64,000 bases of DNA, from the NCBI GenBank assembly GCA_963693365.1, contig CAVNZM010000013.1:248001-312000 (forward strand), written 5' to 3'. The DNA comes from Amoebidium appalachense (taxonomy: Eukaryota > Protista > Ichthyosporea). Positions 14,713-28,442 of this stretch are shown here, piece by piece (the first letter of the stretch is position 1; each line of letters begins with the position of its first letter). Below the pieces are notes generated by a model. It ran no database searches and was not told the origin of the DNA. It saw nothing but the letters and a program-made list of their open reading frames with translations. The position numbers and the translations under genes are program-made.

Positions 14713-15474
14713 TCTACGCGCACACCCACACCCACAGATAGAACATAGGGGCTAGGAGCTAGGTTACACGGGTCCAAGGACACGGAGCTCGGGAAAAACG
14801 GGGCACTAGGGATGAGTAACAATTTTCGCAGGCCAACTACGGCGCCCGCGCGCGCCAAGAATAAATGTCCCTACACAAAGACGTTATTCTGGCCACTGCA
14901 CATAATTTTACTCCCCCCCCCCCCCCATCCCACGAGCCTCCCCCCCTTACACTCACCTAGCACTCCCTCCCCCCCCTTCTTCTAACTCTGTGTACGCCCA
15001 CACCCGCGCGTGCTCGGGCATCCCCTGCACAGGGCCCCGCTGCCCTCCCTGCAAACCCTCCCTCGGGCCCTGCTGCCCTACTCTAAACCCACCGGGGCCC
15101 TGCTGCCCCCCCCCCCCCCCCCCCCCCGATGCCGGGATCTCCCCGAGGGTGCCCCACCCTTGCTAACCACCCCTTCCCCCCGAGGCTCAGCCCCCGGAGG
15201 CCCGCCCGCTGCCCCGGAGGCCCGCCCGCTGCCCCAACACCACGGTGACACCTCCCGCCTCCGGGAGCTGCTGGCCCCCCTACCCAGCCCAATCATTCGC
15301 CGCGCAGCTCCTGCGTAACCAACTTCCCCCGGACCCAACGACTCCGACCTTACCTGCAACCGGAGCCCTGCCCCTTCCCCTTCTGGGTCCACAACTTCTT
15401 ATCCCTTCCCCTGGGCTCACCCCCCCCCCCCCCCCCCCCCCCCAGATCTCCCCTTCCGGAGCAACGCTGGCCGA

Positions 15475-16508
15475 TTGGCCCCCCACTTTGCTCCGGCCGA
15501 GCTGCTTCGTGCCACCACTACCCTGCAGGAATGCCAGGCCCTGAGTCTCAACCTCGACTCTCGGGCCTTTTACTCCCCGGGTGCAAAAAGTATTCATCGA
15601 TTTTTGTGTGGCATCTCGGCTGCAATCCTCCGCCGTGTCCTCCCTCCCCGGCCTCCCCCCACACCGTGCAGCTTTTTCTCGCCTGGTGTGCCCAACGAGG
15701 GGTACAGGCCTCTTCCTTGGCCGGCTACAATTCGGCCATCACCAGACTCCACCTCGACATGGGCCTCCCTGCTCCCTACCCCCACGACAAGTCTCTGGCC
15801 TGGTTCCTCCGAGGGGTGGGCAGATGGCAGCTTTCTCACAACATCCGACCCCGATCATCCACCAGGGAGCCCCTCCTGCCCTCCCACCTCAGCCTACTCC
15901 ATAGCCAGTGCCCCACCAAGGCCTCCTCGGCCAATCTACGGCTATGGACGGCCCTCATCGTCGGTTTCTGTGGTCTCCTCCGTTCAGGGGAATTTACCTC
16001 CAAGACCCTGACTTCTTTCGACCCGTCCCGTCACGTTAAACGGAAAGACGTGACCTTCACCTACACCCCCACCGGTACTTTGTCCCATGCCACCCTCCAC
16101 CTGCCAACCTCTAAGACGGATGTACAGGCCCGAGGTGTCAACGTCACTCTAGCTGCCCTGCCCCTCACCCACTTCTCCCCAGCCCATCTCCTCCGTCAGT
16201 TCCTGGATACAACGTCCGGTCAACCCGACGACCCCCTCTTCAGTCTCGGTGGCATCCCCTACACCAAGAGTGCTTTCTCTGCCGACTTCCGTGCCCTCCT
16301 CTCCCGGGCAGGCCTCTCACCCTCCCGGTTTGCCGGACACTGCCTCCGCATCGGGGGGGCCACAGCACTGGCTGAGGCCGGGGTCGACGACTCCCGGATC
16401 AAACAACTCGGCAGGTGGTCCTCCGACTGTTTCCTGATCTATACCCGACTTCGTCCGGCCTCCATTGCTGCCACTACCACACGTGTATTCGCCTCTATTC
16501 TCAAGTGA
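15475..16508 (+). pseudogene. Tyrosine recombinase of N3 (N-terminal frameshifts, catalytic domain open)
   Basis: GLLRSGE, SKTD, GHCLRIGGAT, GRWSSDCFLIY (R-K-H-R-W-Y set). Confidence 0.9.
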
Positions 16509-17043
16509 AACCTTTGGAGCAAGCATACTGCTCTCGTGCCGTGGTTTACAACCATTGCAGGTTCACTTTCGTCCAAGGGGATGTCCCCCTAGAGGCAACA
16601 CACGTCCCGGAGTAGTTTTCATAGATAAAAATAGATCGAAATCCAATCGTTCATACGCCCTTTCCGACATCCGAAACACAACCAGTGGATATACCATGGG
16701 TGGGTTTATGCTAACCCATGACCTATCATAAGATGTGATTTGCATCCTACTACAGATTACATTACGATGTTGTAAACAGATGCATAGGAGGACATTACGA
16801 CATATAATGTAGATGACGCATATTAATACATTTGACGTCGTAACGTACACTTGCATATGTTGTAAGGTGTGCTATGCACATGCACAATGTGCTTTTTGGT
16901 GCGTCATAAACCCATCCTTACATGCATAATGGCATGTTCAATGTATGATAATGATATCATACATCATACGTCATAAAATCACTGTAAGGACACATACAAT
17001 ATGACATCAGACGGTAAGAAGAGCGCATAAAGATGTTTCTTTG

Positions 17044-17235
17044 CGTCTCGCTCCACAGGAGCAGAGACGGATACCATATGTACTTTTTTGTCTCGCTCCA
17101 CTGGAGCAGAGACCACGCCTGACAGTTTTGTTTTTTCTCACAACTTGTTACAAATTTTTAAGTCTCGTTCCACAGGAGCGAGACTGCAATACAACAAATT
17201 TCTATGTCTCGACTCCGGAGTCTGCTCCGTAGACA
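17044..17235. repeat. 3-4 short hairpin repeats gtctcgctccacaggagcagagac
   Basis: Units at ~17045, 17090, 17162 and a degenerate one at ~17206. Confidence 0.7.
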
Positions 17236-17627
17236 CCAAAACATATCAAAAAAAGAAAGAAAAAAAAGAGGGTGGTGGTGGGGGGGGGGGGGGGGGGGCT
17301 TCTATCATCCCACTAGTCCTCATCCTCATCCTCCCCACCCTCATCTCCTTCCTCCCCCCCAGCCGGGAGGGGGGGGGGGGGGGAAGGAGTATAAAAGAGC
17401 AGCAATGAACATAAACAAAACTCAAAACAAGCAAACTATTATGCGGGTTTCTAAGAAGCTCCCAACATCATTAAACTAAACACATGCTAATCCCTTGACA
17501 GAAGAGTAACAAGGTGTGTGTGTATGTGTATGAGGCCCAAAAAAAAAAAAAAAGGACGCCCAACATGACAATATAAGGGGGGCACTCTTACACCAAACCA
17601 TACCATACCAAATGCCGGCAGAGTAAT

Positions 17628-17872
17628 TAACAGGACAAAGAGCCGGTACCCACCTATGGGTGCTAAACATGCACATGATCATTCATGTGCTATAAGAGCA
17701 ACACAGAAACGAAACACGGAAACAACAGCAGCCATAGGACAAAGAGCCCCAGACCCACAGGGTCTTGCCTCCATACTTTATTTACCTTAACAGGACAAAG
17801 AGCCGTTACCCACCTATGAAACGAAAAACGGAAACAACAGCAGCCATAGGACAAAGAGCCGGTACCCACCTC
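17628..17872. repeat. Interspersed direct repeats aggacaaagagcc(ggtacccacct) and acggaaacaacagcagccat
   Basis: Four and two copies visible. Confidence 0.7.
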
Positions 17873-18429
17873 TAGATGATAACGTAGCCTTATAGCTGCT
17901 GATGACTTCATGGGCCAACCTTGCCAAAATCTGTAAAGGAACTCGAGCTAAGAATTAGCTCATCCTACTTGCGAGAAGTGGGGGGAGGGGGGGGGGGGGG
18001 GGGGGGGACTGAGGGGGCTGACTGAGAGTGGCAAAAAAAGAGTCGACAGAACCAACCTCAAACATAGTAAGGACGGAAACCCGGACCAGAACTTATGAAG
18101 TCTAGAGAAGCAGAAAATAGCTTGAACGATCGGTGGAGGGGATGATAGCTTTAGTGCTAACAGCAAAAGTAGTGCCCACAGTCGCTGGTTCATGAACGTG
18201 AAAGGCAACGTGCATCTGCAGCCAGCAGACACACGCACACGAACGCACGCACACACACATACACACACACACACACAGACACAGACACAGACATAATCAC
18301 AGGACGGACACAGACCAGACAGACAAACGCCATATGCACAAAAGCAGGCAACACAAAACTAACCTTCAAAGGGCTTTGGAAGAAGCTGCAGCATGCAGCA
18401 TGGTCCAAAACAATCAGCACGGTGGCTGC

Positions 18430-18552
18430 GCGATCTGCGGAGGGGATCTGTGACCAGGCGCTGCGGGAAGGGAACTGCGACCAGGCGACCTGCGGGAAGG
18501 GACCTGCGACCAGGCGACCTGCGGGAAAGGACCTGCGGACCTGCGGGAAGGG
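18430..18552. repeat. ~27-bp minisatellite (gacctgcgggaagggacctgcgaccaggc)
   Basis: 4-5 degenerate tandem units. Confidence 0.75.
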
Positions 18553-18894
18553 GGAAGAGAAATGGAGAAAACAACGTGCGTACAGGCTTAAATGGAGAAA
18601 AAATTGCAAACCGGATTGGGATTTAGCCAATCACTATTCGCCGCGCCTGATTAGGAAAAAGATAAAAATAGATTTCGGCTCGCGCGCGCGCGTGCATCAG
18701 CTTGGTGCCCTTAGCGCTACCCTTAGTGCCCTTAGTCACAACTATCAGACTATAGTTACGTGTCCTCCACTTCATTGTTCTTGACCATTTTTTCGGCATG
18801 AAAGGGTTTCTGTTACTTCTTGCTGTCCTTCTTAGCGTGCTTGCTTGTCTTTTTTTCAACATGGGTGTCACTGGCGCGTTCGACTTCTTTGAAA

Positions 18895-18940
<46 letters not shown>

Positions 18941-19327
18941 GCGCGCGCACGCACACACACTCACACATGCACACTGCACACACACACACACACACACACA
19001 CAGGCGCGCACACACAGGCACGAACACACACAGGCGCACACCTACACAACACACACAGCACATGCACACACAAGCGCACACACGCACACACCCTGTTATC
19101 CCTGATCATGATGCCCCCTCCCCCCCTCCCCTCTTCCCCCCCCGCGCACCCCCCCCCCCCCCCCCCCCCCCACCCACCCCACCCACCCACCTACAAAGAC
19201 GAAAACATTGTACATGTATTGCATACACAAATATACTCGCACATATACATACACACATTCACTTTAATCTTTCAGGCTACATGTGCAATATACATTAATT
19301 ATGCACAGTCGATAGAATTCGTTGTGA

Positions 19328-19361
<34 letters not shown>

Positions 19362-19569
19362 TCGTTCCCCCCATATGCAATGGGGATAATATTGTTTCCC
19401 GCTATTAATTAAAAAAATCACCGTTCTAACTTCCTAAGACCGAACCACTTGTAACACCGACAGTTTCGGTTGTGTGGAACCCCCCCCCCTCCCCCCAACC
19501 CACCCACCACCTTACCAATATTGAGGTGTACACTGCCCCCACATCCCCAACTGTGTGCTGAATATCCCG

Positions 19570-20175
19570 TGCTAGGAAACCAATAACGTGAAAGTAACAC
19601 ATGCCGCATGTGGGTAGTTACTGAAAAAACCAATAATGTCTAGGTAACATACTAATATGTACATATACTATGCTACAAAGGGGGTTCTATACGAGCTACA
19701 ACGTTGTGTTTTTTTCGTGTGACCCTCGTACTCCAGGGGCACATTCACCATCCCCCCCATAAACTTTGTGGTAAAGCTCTCGTGCTAGAAGCTGTTCTGT
19801 GGGTAGTTATTGAAAAAACGAATAATGTCTAGGTAACACATGTACTTATACTATGCTACAAGGGGGGTTCTATTCGAGCTACAATGTTGTGTTTTTTTCG
19901 TGTGACCCGGGCACATTCACCATCCACCCCATAAACTTTGTGGTAAATTTCTCGTGCTAGAGGCTGTTCTGTGGGTAGTTATTGAAAAACCAATAATGTC
20001 TAGGTAACATATGTACATATACTATGCTACAAGGGGGGTTCTATTCGAGCTACAATGTTGTGTTTTTTTTGTATGACCCTCGTACTCCAGGGGCACATTC
20101 ACCATCCCCCCCATAAACTTTGTGGTAAATGTCTCGTGCTAGAAGCTGTTCTGTGGGTAGTTATTGAAAAAACCA
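19570..20175 (+). repeat. ~180-bp tandem repeat (about 3 units); same family at 48689-48980
   Basis: Recurring gggtagttattgaaaaaccaataatgtctaggtaac...ctccaggggcacattcaccatcc. Confidence 0.9.
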
Positions 20176-20669
20176 AAGTTCCCACTGAGGCCATCCAGGC
20201 CGTGCCCTACAAGATCATCATCACCTGGCCCCCTACGATGCCACATTCCGTACATTCCGATCTAACTTTATCGTGCGCCTGCACGAGCTAAGTCGATCGG
20301 CTCACACTAATATATTTATCTAAGTCTCACCCCCTCTCCCTTCCCCTAGTGGCACCGCAGAGTCTAATTCTACATTTCGTACTATCTCCCTCCCCCCTCC
20401 CTCCCCCCTTTCCTCTGTCATCGAAATATATAAATACGTTTGGCAGCATACACTATCAAAACTTGCCAATATTTACAAAGGGCTTCTGCCCGAACAATCA
20501 CATTCCTAAGTCCTCCTACGATCTATCCTACACACTAATTAGAATTCTATTGGTCGGCTGTCCCAGCTGACGTGGTCCTGCCCTGCGCCGGCAGAGGCAA
20601 GATGATGCACGCAGCTGCACAGCTATCTTGAGGCCCCGGACTTGATCTTGATGATCTGTGGACCCGGGC

Positions 20670-20725
<56 letters not shown>

Positions 20726-20776
20726 ATCTCGATCGTAGACTTAGGCTAATCTGCTGAGACGGATTAGTATATGTCA
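20176..20776 (-). repeat. Gypsy 3' LTR (distal part missing)
   Basis: Matches ~36772-37337; starts TGACA on minus after a poly-G PPT; breaks at the tandem repeat. Confidence 0.9.
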
Positions 20777-20981
20777 ACTCCCCCCCCCCGGCCCCCGGAA
20801 AAGCTGAGTCCCACCTCAGTCACATTACATCTAACACCCCCTAAAAAGACATAGACTAATCAGTCTCCTAAAAAAATTAAATTAAATAAAGTTACGAAGA
20901 AAAATAATAAATTAATCTACACCATAAGCTTGATACCTACGGAGACACCTATGATAATAAATTAAATTCCTACGACTACGT

Positions 20982-22589
20982 TCACACTCCTCCTCGGTCT
21001 CCTCCCCCCCCTCCCCCCCCCCCCCGTGTGTCTACGTGTATTTGCATCACTCCCCCCCCCCCGGCCCCCTCCCCCATCGACTTTTTCACACCACGATTAA
21101 ACTGAGGAATAACTCTCTTTGGCCTAGAGGGAGCACTAGGCAACTCCCTCTGCACTAATCTAGCCTCATAAGCACGAATAGAAAACGGGCAATCCAAATG
21201 AAACTCAGGCAACCACTGATCTTCCTGATAACCTCCCTCAAAACGAATTAAATAATAATTTACCTTACCTTCCTTACCTTCGATAACCTTTTTATCCATA
21301 ATTTTATCTACTGCAGCCTCCGATACATCCACCGACCCGTCATAGTCGGGGGTGAATGCATCTAACACTCGACGGCCCTCCGGCCGTTTAACCCTAAGGG
21401 CCCTATCATAATATTCCTTTATATCATCTACATTATAAAATCTAACATCACTCTCATTATCTAACCTCTGCACCTTATATTCCGTCGGACCTAACCTAGC
21501 CACTATTTTATACGGACCGATAAAAAGAGGCAACCATTTCTTACCATACTTACGAAGACCTTCACCTTCACCCTTACCTTCCTGCTCCTGCCTATATCTC
21601 TTTTTCCTAGTATGATCCCTAATTAAAACTAGAGTACCCTCGGCAAATTCACGTAACGGACGTGTGCACACGTCTGCACGTGTCTGTGCCTGCTGTGTAC
21701 GGGCCAGAGCTGCATCACGTGCAGCCCGGGCCCGGGTTAGTAGCTGCTCCCGGAACTCAGTCCAGTGGGGATAAGTTAGTCGGTCAGCCCCCCCCATCGG
21801 CAAAAGTGCCGTATCTAACAAACTAATAGCCTCCTGCCCATAGACCAAATAAAACGGAGAAAAACCAGTCACAGCATGAGGGGTAGAATTATATGAATGA
21901 GCAATAAACCTAGACATATGATCCCAATCATTAGCCTCCACATCCACCATTTTGCCAAAGGACTTCTGAAACACTGCATGCACACGTTCAGAGATGGCAT
22001 TTGCTTGAGGGTGATATGCAGACGTAGTGATATGGGCTACCCTTAAAATTTTACACACCTCCGACACCAACTGATTTAAAAACACACGACTCCTATCCGT
22101 TAACAAAACACGAGGACAACCAAACCTAAGACAAATTTCATCCACAAAAATACGAGCAAACAAAACGGCATTAGCAGTGGGGAGAGGAAAAACTTCAACC
22201 TAACGAGTGGCCACATCGGTGACGGTAACAAGAACAGTGTTACCCTCAACCGTAGAATTAAAAGGACCGACCACATCCACTGCTACCCTTTCAAACATAC
22301 GAACATTAAAATCCCTAATAAACGACGGGCGGGAACGAGAGTGGGGACTCTCATTCCTTTCCTGACAATGCATGCATGACAACACATAATCCCTCACCTC
22401 CCTACTCATACCCGGCCAAAAATACGAACGATTAACACGAAGCAACGTCCTATTTACACCTAAATGACCAGCCATGGGATGCTCGTGCACCATATGCAAA
22501 ACCTCAGGCACAAGTGCCGTCGGGACCCAAACTCGGTGTCCGTCTGGCCCAGAACAATGATAAACTAAATCCTGCTCTACCTGACACAT
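20982..22589 (-). pseudogene. Gypsy integrase with C-terminal chromodomain; in-frame stop at ~22200
   Basis: HEHPMAGH...CMHC, VAVDVVGP, LLTDRS, YHPQANAISER, GPY, then VDKIMDKK...YYLIRFEG...QWLPEFHL. Confidence 0.92.
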
Positions 22590-22603
22590 TTTTGCTAACT
22601 TAG

Positions 22604-24518
22604 CTACCTTTGCCTTTTATTTTTAAATTTAATCGAATCAACCGGCCCCTTTAAATAATTCTTAACCAGACCAATCAACACATCTTCCTCCTGAGCTAAG
22701 ATCAAAGCCGTAGGTGCTAAGGCAGAAGCCGAGCCATGAGACTCGGTCCCGACTTCAGACACTGACAAATACCTCCCCCCCCCTCCCCTACACTTATAAG
22801 CAAGCAACCCCGGAGCCCAAGAAGACACATCAACAGACACCGCATCTATTCCTTTCTGCTCACTCTCCCCCCCCCTTGTCTCTCACTATCCCCCCCCTCC
22901 CCCTCCTTCTCTTCTTCAAACAAAATATAAGCAGCACGAGAGAGAGCATCACAGTCAACCATTGTTTCACCCTTGGCATAAAACAATTTATAGGAGAACT
23001 CACCGAGAGCCGCGGCCCACTTCTGCATCCTCTCGTTGACCAGACGAGTGGTGCCGGCCATGGCTAGCCAGGGCTTGTGGTCGGTGTAGACCTCAAACGT
23101 CCTGCCTGCAAGTATATACCTCCATGCCTGTGAGACTGCCCAAAAGATAGCATGGGACTCTCTCTCCGGATTGCTATATCTACGTTCACTTTTACTAAAT
23201 GAACGACTAGCATAAGCAATCACCCTATCCTGCCCCTCCTGCACTTGATATAACACGGCCCCCTCAGCAACCTTACTTGCATCACAACAAACCTTAAACA
23301 TCCCCCCCCGGCCGAAAAATCAGGATGAACAAGCATACTCGAAGACTGCAAAGCTAACTCAAGCTTTTCGAAAGCAGAAACAGCATCAACATTCCAATCT
23401 ATTCTATTCTTCTTCTCCCCCCCCGTCTGACTAGTTAACGGCAAAGCAAGCATACTATAATCCTTAATATAACGACGAAGATAATTAGTTAAACCTAAAA
23501 ATTGCCTTAGTTGAGTGACAGTCTGAGGACGGGGCCACTCAACTATGGCCCGGATTTTCTCCGGATCAGGGGAAAGACCATTACTAGACACAATATGACC
23601 TAAAAACTTAACCTCCGGCACACCAATCACAGTCTTGCTACCGCTAATGCGAAGACCAGACTCACCCAAAGCTAAAAATACTTTTTCACAATTATTAACT
23701 AGCTCCTCAAATGACTTACCTTTAATTAAAACATCATCCAAATAAGGGTGGCATACATCCAAATGAGGGTGGAGAATTTTATACATTACCCGGCACAACA
23801 TAGCTGGAGAGGAGAGCAAACCCATCGGCACCACCTTGTACTGGAACAGCTGGTCACCCAGTGCAAAGGCAGTCTTCTCCTTGCTGCTCTCCTCCAACCT
23901 TATCTGCCAAAAAGCTGCTTTTAAATCAAGTTTAGCAAAGTGAGTATAGCCGTGCAGCTGTGAAAGCTGCTCGTCTATGTTAGGGAGAGGCCATTGGTCT
24001 GCCTTAGTGATCCGATTCAGAGCCCTGTAATCGTTCACTAGACGCCAAGACCCGTCGGGCTTCTTAACCAATAGCACCGGACTTCTCCACGGACTCGAAC
24101 TATGCTCCACATGACCCTTTTTTAACATATCACTCACTATTATTAGCGCATCCGACAATTTATACTGCTCCATTCTATAGCTAGGCATCACTACCGGCCT
24201 ATTATCACCTGTGTCGATCTGCATTTCAAACCCTTTAACGAAGCCTACTTCGTTATCATCGGCCAGAAATGCAAACCGAGTCCTATCAAATAACTTAGCT
24301 AGCAATTTTTTCTGTTCTACCGTCCAATCCCCCTCCTTCATACCAAACGGCAATACTAACTCCGGGTTACCCCCATCACAAGTGGATGCATCCTTATTCA
24401 CCGGAGTGCCACTTAACATTTCACCTCCTGTATTACATCGGTGCTGCTCGGGGTGAGGTTGAGGTACCTCCGGATATAGGCGGTCACCCTTAGCACCCCC
24501 CTCCCCCCGGCACACCAA
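22604..24518 (-). pseudogene. Gypsy reverse transcriptase and RNase H (frameshifts at G-runs)
   Basis: SPWRSPVLLVKKPDGSWRLVNDYRALN, KLDLKAAFWQI, YLDD, FLGH; CDASK, YTDHKP, DALSR. Confidence 0.95.
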
Positions 24519-25485
24519 TGCCCCCGGGCAATTCCTGATGAGTTAGTGCATGTATGTGGGGGGCCAGGTCTGTGGCCACCCTGCCCCCCACGGTGTTGGT
24601 TAACCCGTCAGATCCACGGGTTAGACCAACACCCTCCCCCCCTGCCTGCACATTCTCACACCCGGGGTGACCCTCCTTCCTCTTGGGGGTCGGGGGAGTG
24701 GGACCGGTGCTGTCCCGGTCCCCCCCCCCATCGTGTCGGGTTACATTTTGGTGGCTAACGTTAAATAAAGTTGTTCCCCCTCCTCCTGAGTCACCCTTCG
24801 AGCCGGCATCCTCCTTTTGGGTAATAAGAGAGACCTCTATACTACCAATCTCATTAGTGAAACTACCGACGGAAACACCTGACCTAATCACTATAGGCTC
24901 GATGCCCGGATTCACTAATTCTATTTCTATTGTCTTATCCGGCCATACCCTACTAAGGGTCCATTGGGCCACCTCCTGAAATGGGGTTTTCGGAGTAAAA
25001 ACCCCTAAATCCCCTATCCTAACATGATTGCCGGCCCGGACACGTACCGTTTGGCACTGATAAGGCTCGATTACTACTTCAGCTACCGTTCTAGCACCAG
25101 ACTGATAACCGTCGAGCCCATCATGGGTTTTAATTTTAACGCCGGACTGCAATTCTAAAACATTCGTACGTTCAAACAAAGCATTCACATGTCTACGGAA
25201 AAATGGGGCTCCCAACAAAACACTTTGAGCTAAATCCTTAACCACATAACAAACAATATGCATAGCCTGGCCACCTATCTCACACGGCAACACACAAACA
25301 CCTTCCACAGACATACTACTATTATTAGCACTACCTAAGGCTGTGCTAGAAGCATCTAAAATAGGAATTTCCCCCCCGGCCTGATTAAAACGACGAATAA
25401 ACGAAGCATGCACACAATTAACCTGAGCCCCTCCATCGAGCAAAGCAACAGCCTTCAACTTACCATCAGCTAACCATACGTCTAT
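24490..25485 (-). pseudogene. Gypsy aspartic protease; upstream part lies at 34450-35100 beyond the insertion
   Basis: ALLDGGAQVNCV...VLLGAPFF; the frame joins VGFSRHY (near 34450) once the insertion is removed. Confidence 0.88.
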
Positions 25486-25564
25486 GGACCACTTTGGATC
25501 TATAATAGGCCGATTTGTGGAATGTGGCTCATGACCCATAGGGCCTAGCCCGCCCCATGGGTTT

Positions 25565-27527
25565 GGTTTTATTTGTGGAATTTATTGACATAAATATTTT
25601 TCTGGGTAAACACGTAGGATGGGTGTTCGATATTGACATAACCATGTAGGCTTCGTTTCGTGTTTTAGCAGTTCGCGATTGGCCGCTCGCACACGGGCAC
25701 CTATTAGCTAATCAAAACATCAGATTCCACATATCGCTAGACCGATTTTGATTGGTTCGATTCAGATTCACATATCACTGGATCGATTTTCAATTGGCTC
25801 AGGTCGGTAGGCTTAGGTATATAAGCAAGACAGTTTTCAGCAGATCAGCAAGCTACAAACACATCTTCTGTGTTGAGCACCTACAGCCCTTACGGCTATA
25901 CATTTTCTTTTCAACTCTTGACACGAGCTTCTGTCACACCTTGACAATCGTGCCATCCTTGCAAGTTCAGCTTGCCCTCGTGTCCTCCTCGCAAGTTAGG
26001 CTTGCACTCCTGCCAGTTCCGTCCCGGTTAGGGCTAGTCGCCCTACAAGTTCCTCGACACTTCAAGAAGATTTCCTGACATGGTCCCTCACGCGCCGCGC
26101 CGCTGTGATCTAAGTCCCTACCACTCGTCTAATTTCAAACCCCGTTTTCAATCCCGATGGCCTAGAATTTCACACCCCGCTTCGATCCGCATTGACTATC
26201 CTCGCTCATAGTCCTTGCCCGATTGCCCTTCTGAGTATTCAAATACGGTACTCCAATCGCGTCGCTTATGTTAAACCCAGTCAAAGCACCTTGTGCTTTC
26301 CTACTGTTCAGGAGTACTGACCCCAAGTCCCTGCCAGAACAGCTTACCGTGTTCAACCCGCCTCCTTCCCTGTTTTCCCACCCTGTTTCCCGCCATGTCT
26401 CCCCCCACCATGACTTCACTGTCGATGGATACCTCACATTCCATTGGTCTGCCCCGCATTCCAGCAGCATTTTTTCCTCAGATCACAAGGCCAGCCTCGT
26501 CGAGATCTCAGCTACCCCAAACCCTGCACGGCCCCAGTTCCCCTGCAGCTGTTCCCCCCCTGTTGCCACCCGACCCCGGCCAGCTACACATGCTGCCAGG
26601 TCCGGTCGTTCCCATCCACGTTTCTGCCCAGCCAGCCTACCGTGCTGCCTGCCCATCCACGTTTCTGCCCAGCCAGCCTACCGTGCTGCCCGCCCCCGTT
26701 TCCAAAGCCCCTGGCCCGACCCAGTTAACCTTCTCCGTCCGGACTTACCTGCCTTTGACCCTGCCTCCGTCGTGCCTGATCCCAAAACCAATCCCGTCAA
26801 AGCCCCTCCTCCCCTCCCTGTTCCGGCTTTCCCAGTAACCCCCGAGCAGCAAGAACCCTCAGGCTCGACGCCCCTCCAAACGAATTTCAAATTACGCGAC
26901 CTCCGCAACCAGCTGCCCAACGCTCCCGCGGGCACTGACGCGCCTCCGGCGGCCCCCACCACCACGGACCCTCCAAGCCACTCTCCCCTCTACCCCTGAA
27001 GCCCCCCCTCAGGCCTGTCCCATGTAGTACCCCAAGCCCGGCTGTGGTCTAAGACTTGATGGCTTCACACCGCCCCACAAGCCCGGCGGGGGACAAACCC
27101 CCAACCGCCCCGACCCGCACCCCGGCCTGGCAACACCGGCCCGATCGGTGGAGCTACCCGCCACGCACTACATGAATTTCCACATTTAAGGTCGGTCCTG
27201 CGCTAAGCAGCCCTGCCCCCTCTCCCACGTGTGCCCGCTCTGCTCTGGCACACACCCCCGCAAAGACTGCAAGCCTAATGCCTAGTCTACGCGCACACCC
27301 ACACACACAGATAGAACATAGGGGCTAGGAGCTAGGATACACGGGTACAGGGACACGGAGCTCGGGAGCTCGGGTCACTAGGGCTAAGTACAAATTTTCG
27401 CAAGCCACCTACGGCGCCCGCGCGCGCCACAGAATACATGTCCCTACACAAAGACGTTATTCTGGCCACTGCACATAATTTTACTCCCCACCCATCCCAC
27501 GAGCCCCCCCCCCTTACACTCACCTAG

Positions 27528-27562
<35 letters not shown>

Positions 27563-28402
27563 TTCTAACTCTGTGTCCACCCGCATCCCCGCGTGCTCGG
27601 GCATCCCCTGCACATGGCCCCGCTGTTCTGCCTGCAACCTCCCTCGGGCCCAGCTGCCCGCACACACAGATAGAACATAGGGGCTAGGTGCTAGGATACA
27701 CGGGTACAGGGACACGGAGCTCGGGAGCACGGGCCACTAGGGCTGAGTACAAATTTTTGCAGGCCACCTACGGCGCCCGCGCGCGCCACAGAATACATGT
27801 CCCTACACAAAGACGTTATTCTGGCCACTGCACATAATTTTACTCCCCACCCATCCCACGAGCCTCCCCCCCCCCCTTACACTCACCTAGCACTCCCTCC
27901 CCCCCCCCCCCCCCCCCCCCCCCCCCTTCTAACTCTGTGTCCGCCCGCATCCCCGCGTGCTCGGGCATCCCCTGCACATGGCCCCGCTGTTCTGCCTGCA
28001 ACCTCCCTCGGGCCCAGCTGCCCGCACACACAAGATAGAACATAGGGGCTAGGAGCTAGGATACACGGGTACAGGGACACGGAGCTCGGGAGCACGGGCC
28101 ACTAGGGCTGAGTACAAATTTTTTTGCAGGCCACCTACGGCGCCCGCGCGCGCCACAGAATACATGTCCCTACACAAAAGACGTTATTCTGGCCACTGCA
28201 CATAATTTTACTCCCCACCCATCCCACGAGCCTCCCCCCCCCCCCCCCTTACACTCACCTAGCACTCCCTCCCCCCCCCCCTTCTAACTCTGTGTCCGCC
28301 CGCATCCCTGCGTGCTCGGGCATCCCCTGCACATGGCCCCGCTGCCCTGCCTGCAACCTCTCTCGGGCCCAGCTGCCCTACTCTAAACCCCCCGGGGCCC
28401 TG

Positions 28403-28442
<40 letters not shown>

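Larger units (their letters stand above)
13175..16624 (+). mobile_element. Ngaro-type copy N3: A1-gag-(RT deleted)-YR-single B
   Basis: Diverged A repeat at start; gag and YR present; RT N-terminus joined to RNase H end near 15310; ends ttttcatag with no A2/B2. Confidence 0.88.

Noticed and set aside
17044-17235. CRISPR-like repeat-spacer pattern
   Set aside because: Only 3-4 units, irregular spacers, no cas genes, eukaryotic context
25486-25539. MGHEPH... start of the 349-aa protease ORF
   Set aside because: These codons come from the inserted transposon end; the real frame continues at 34450
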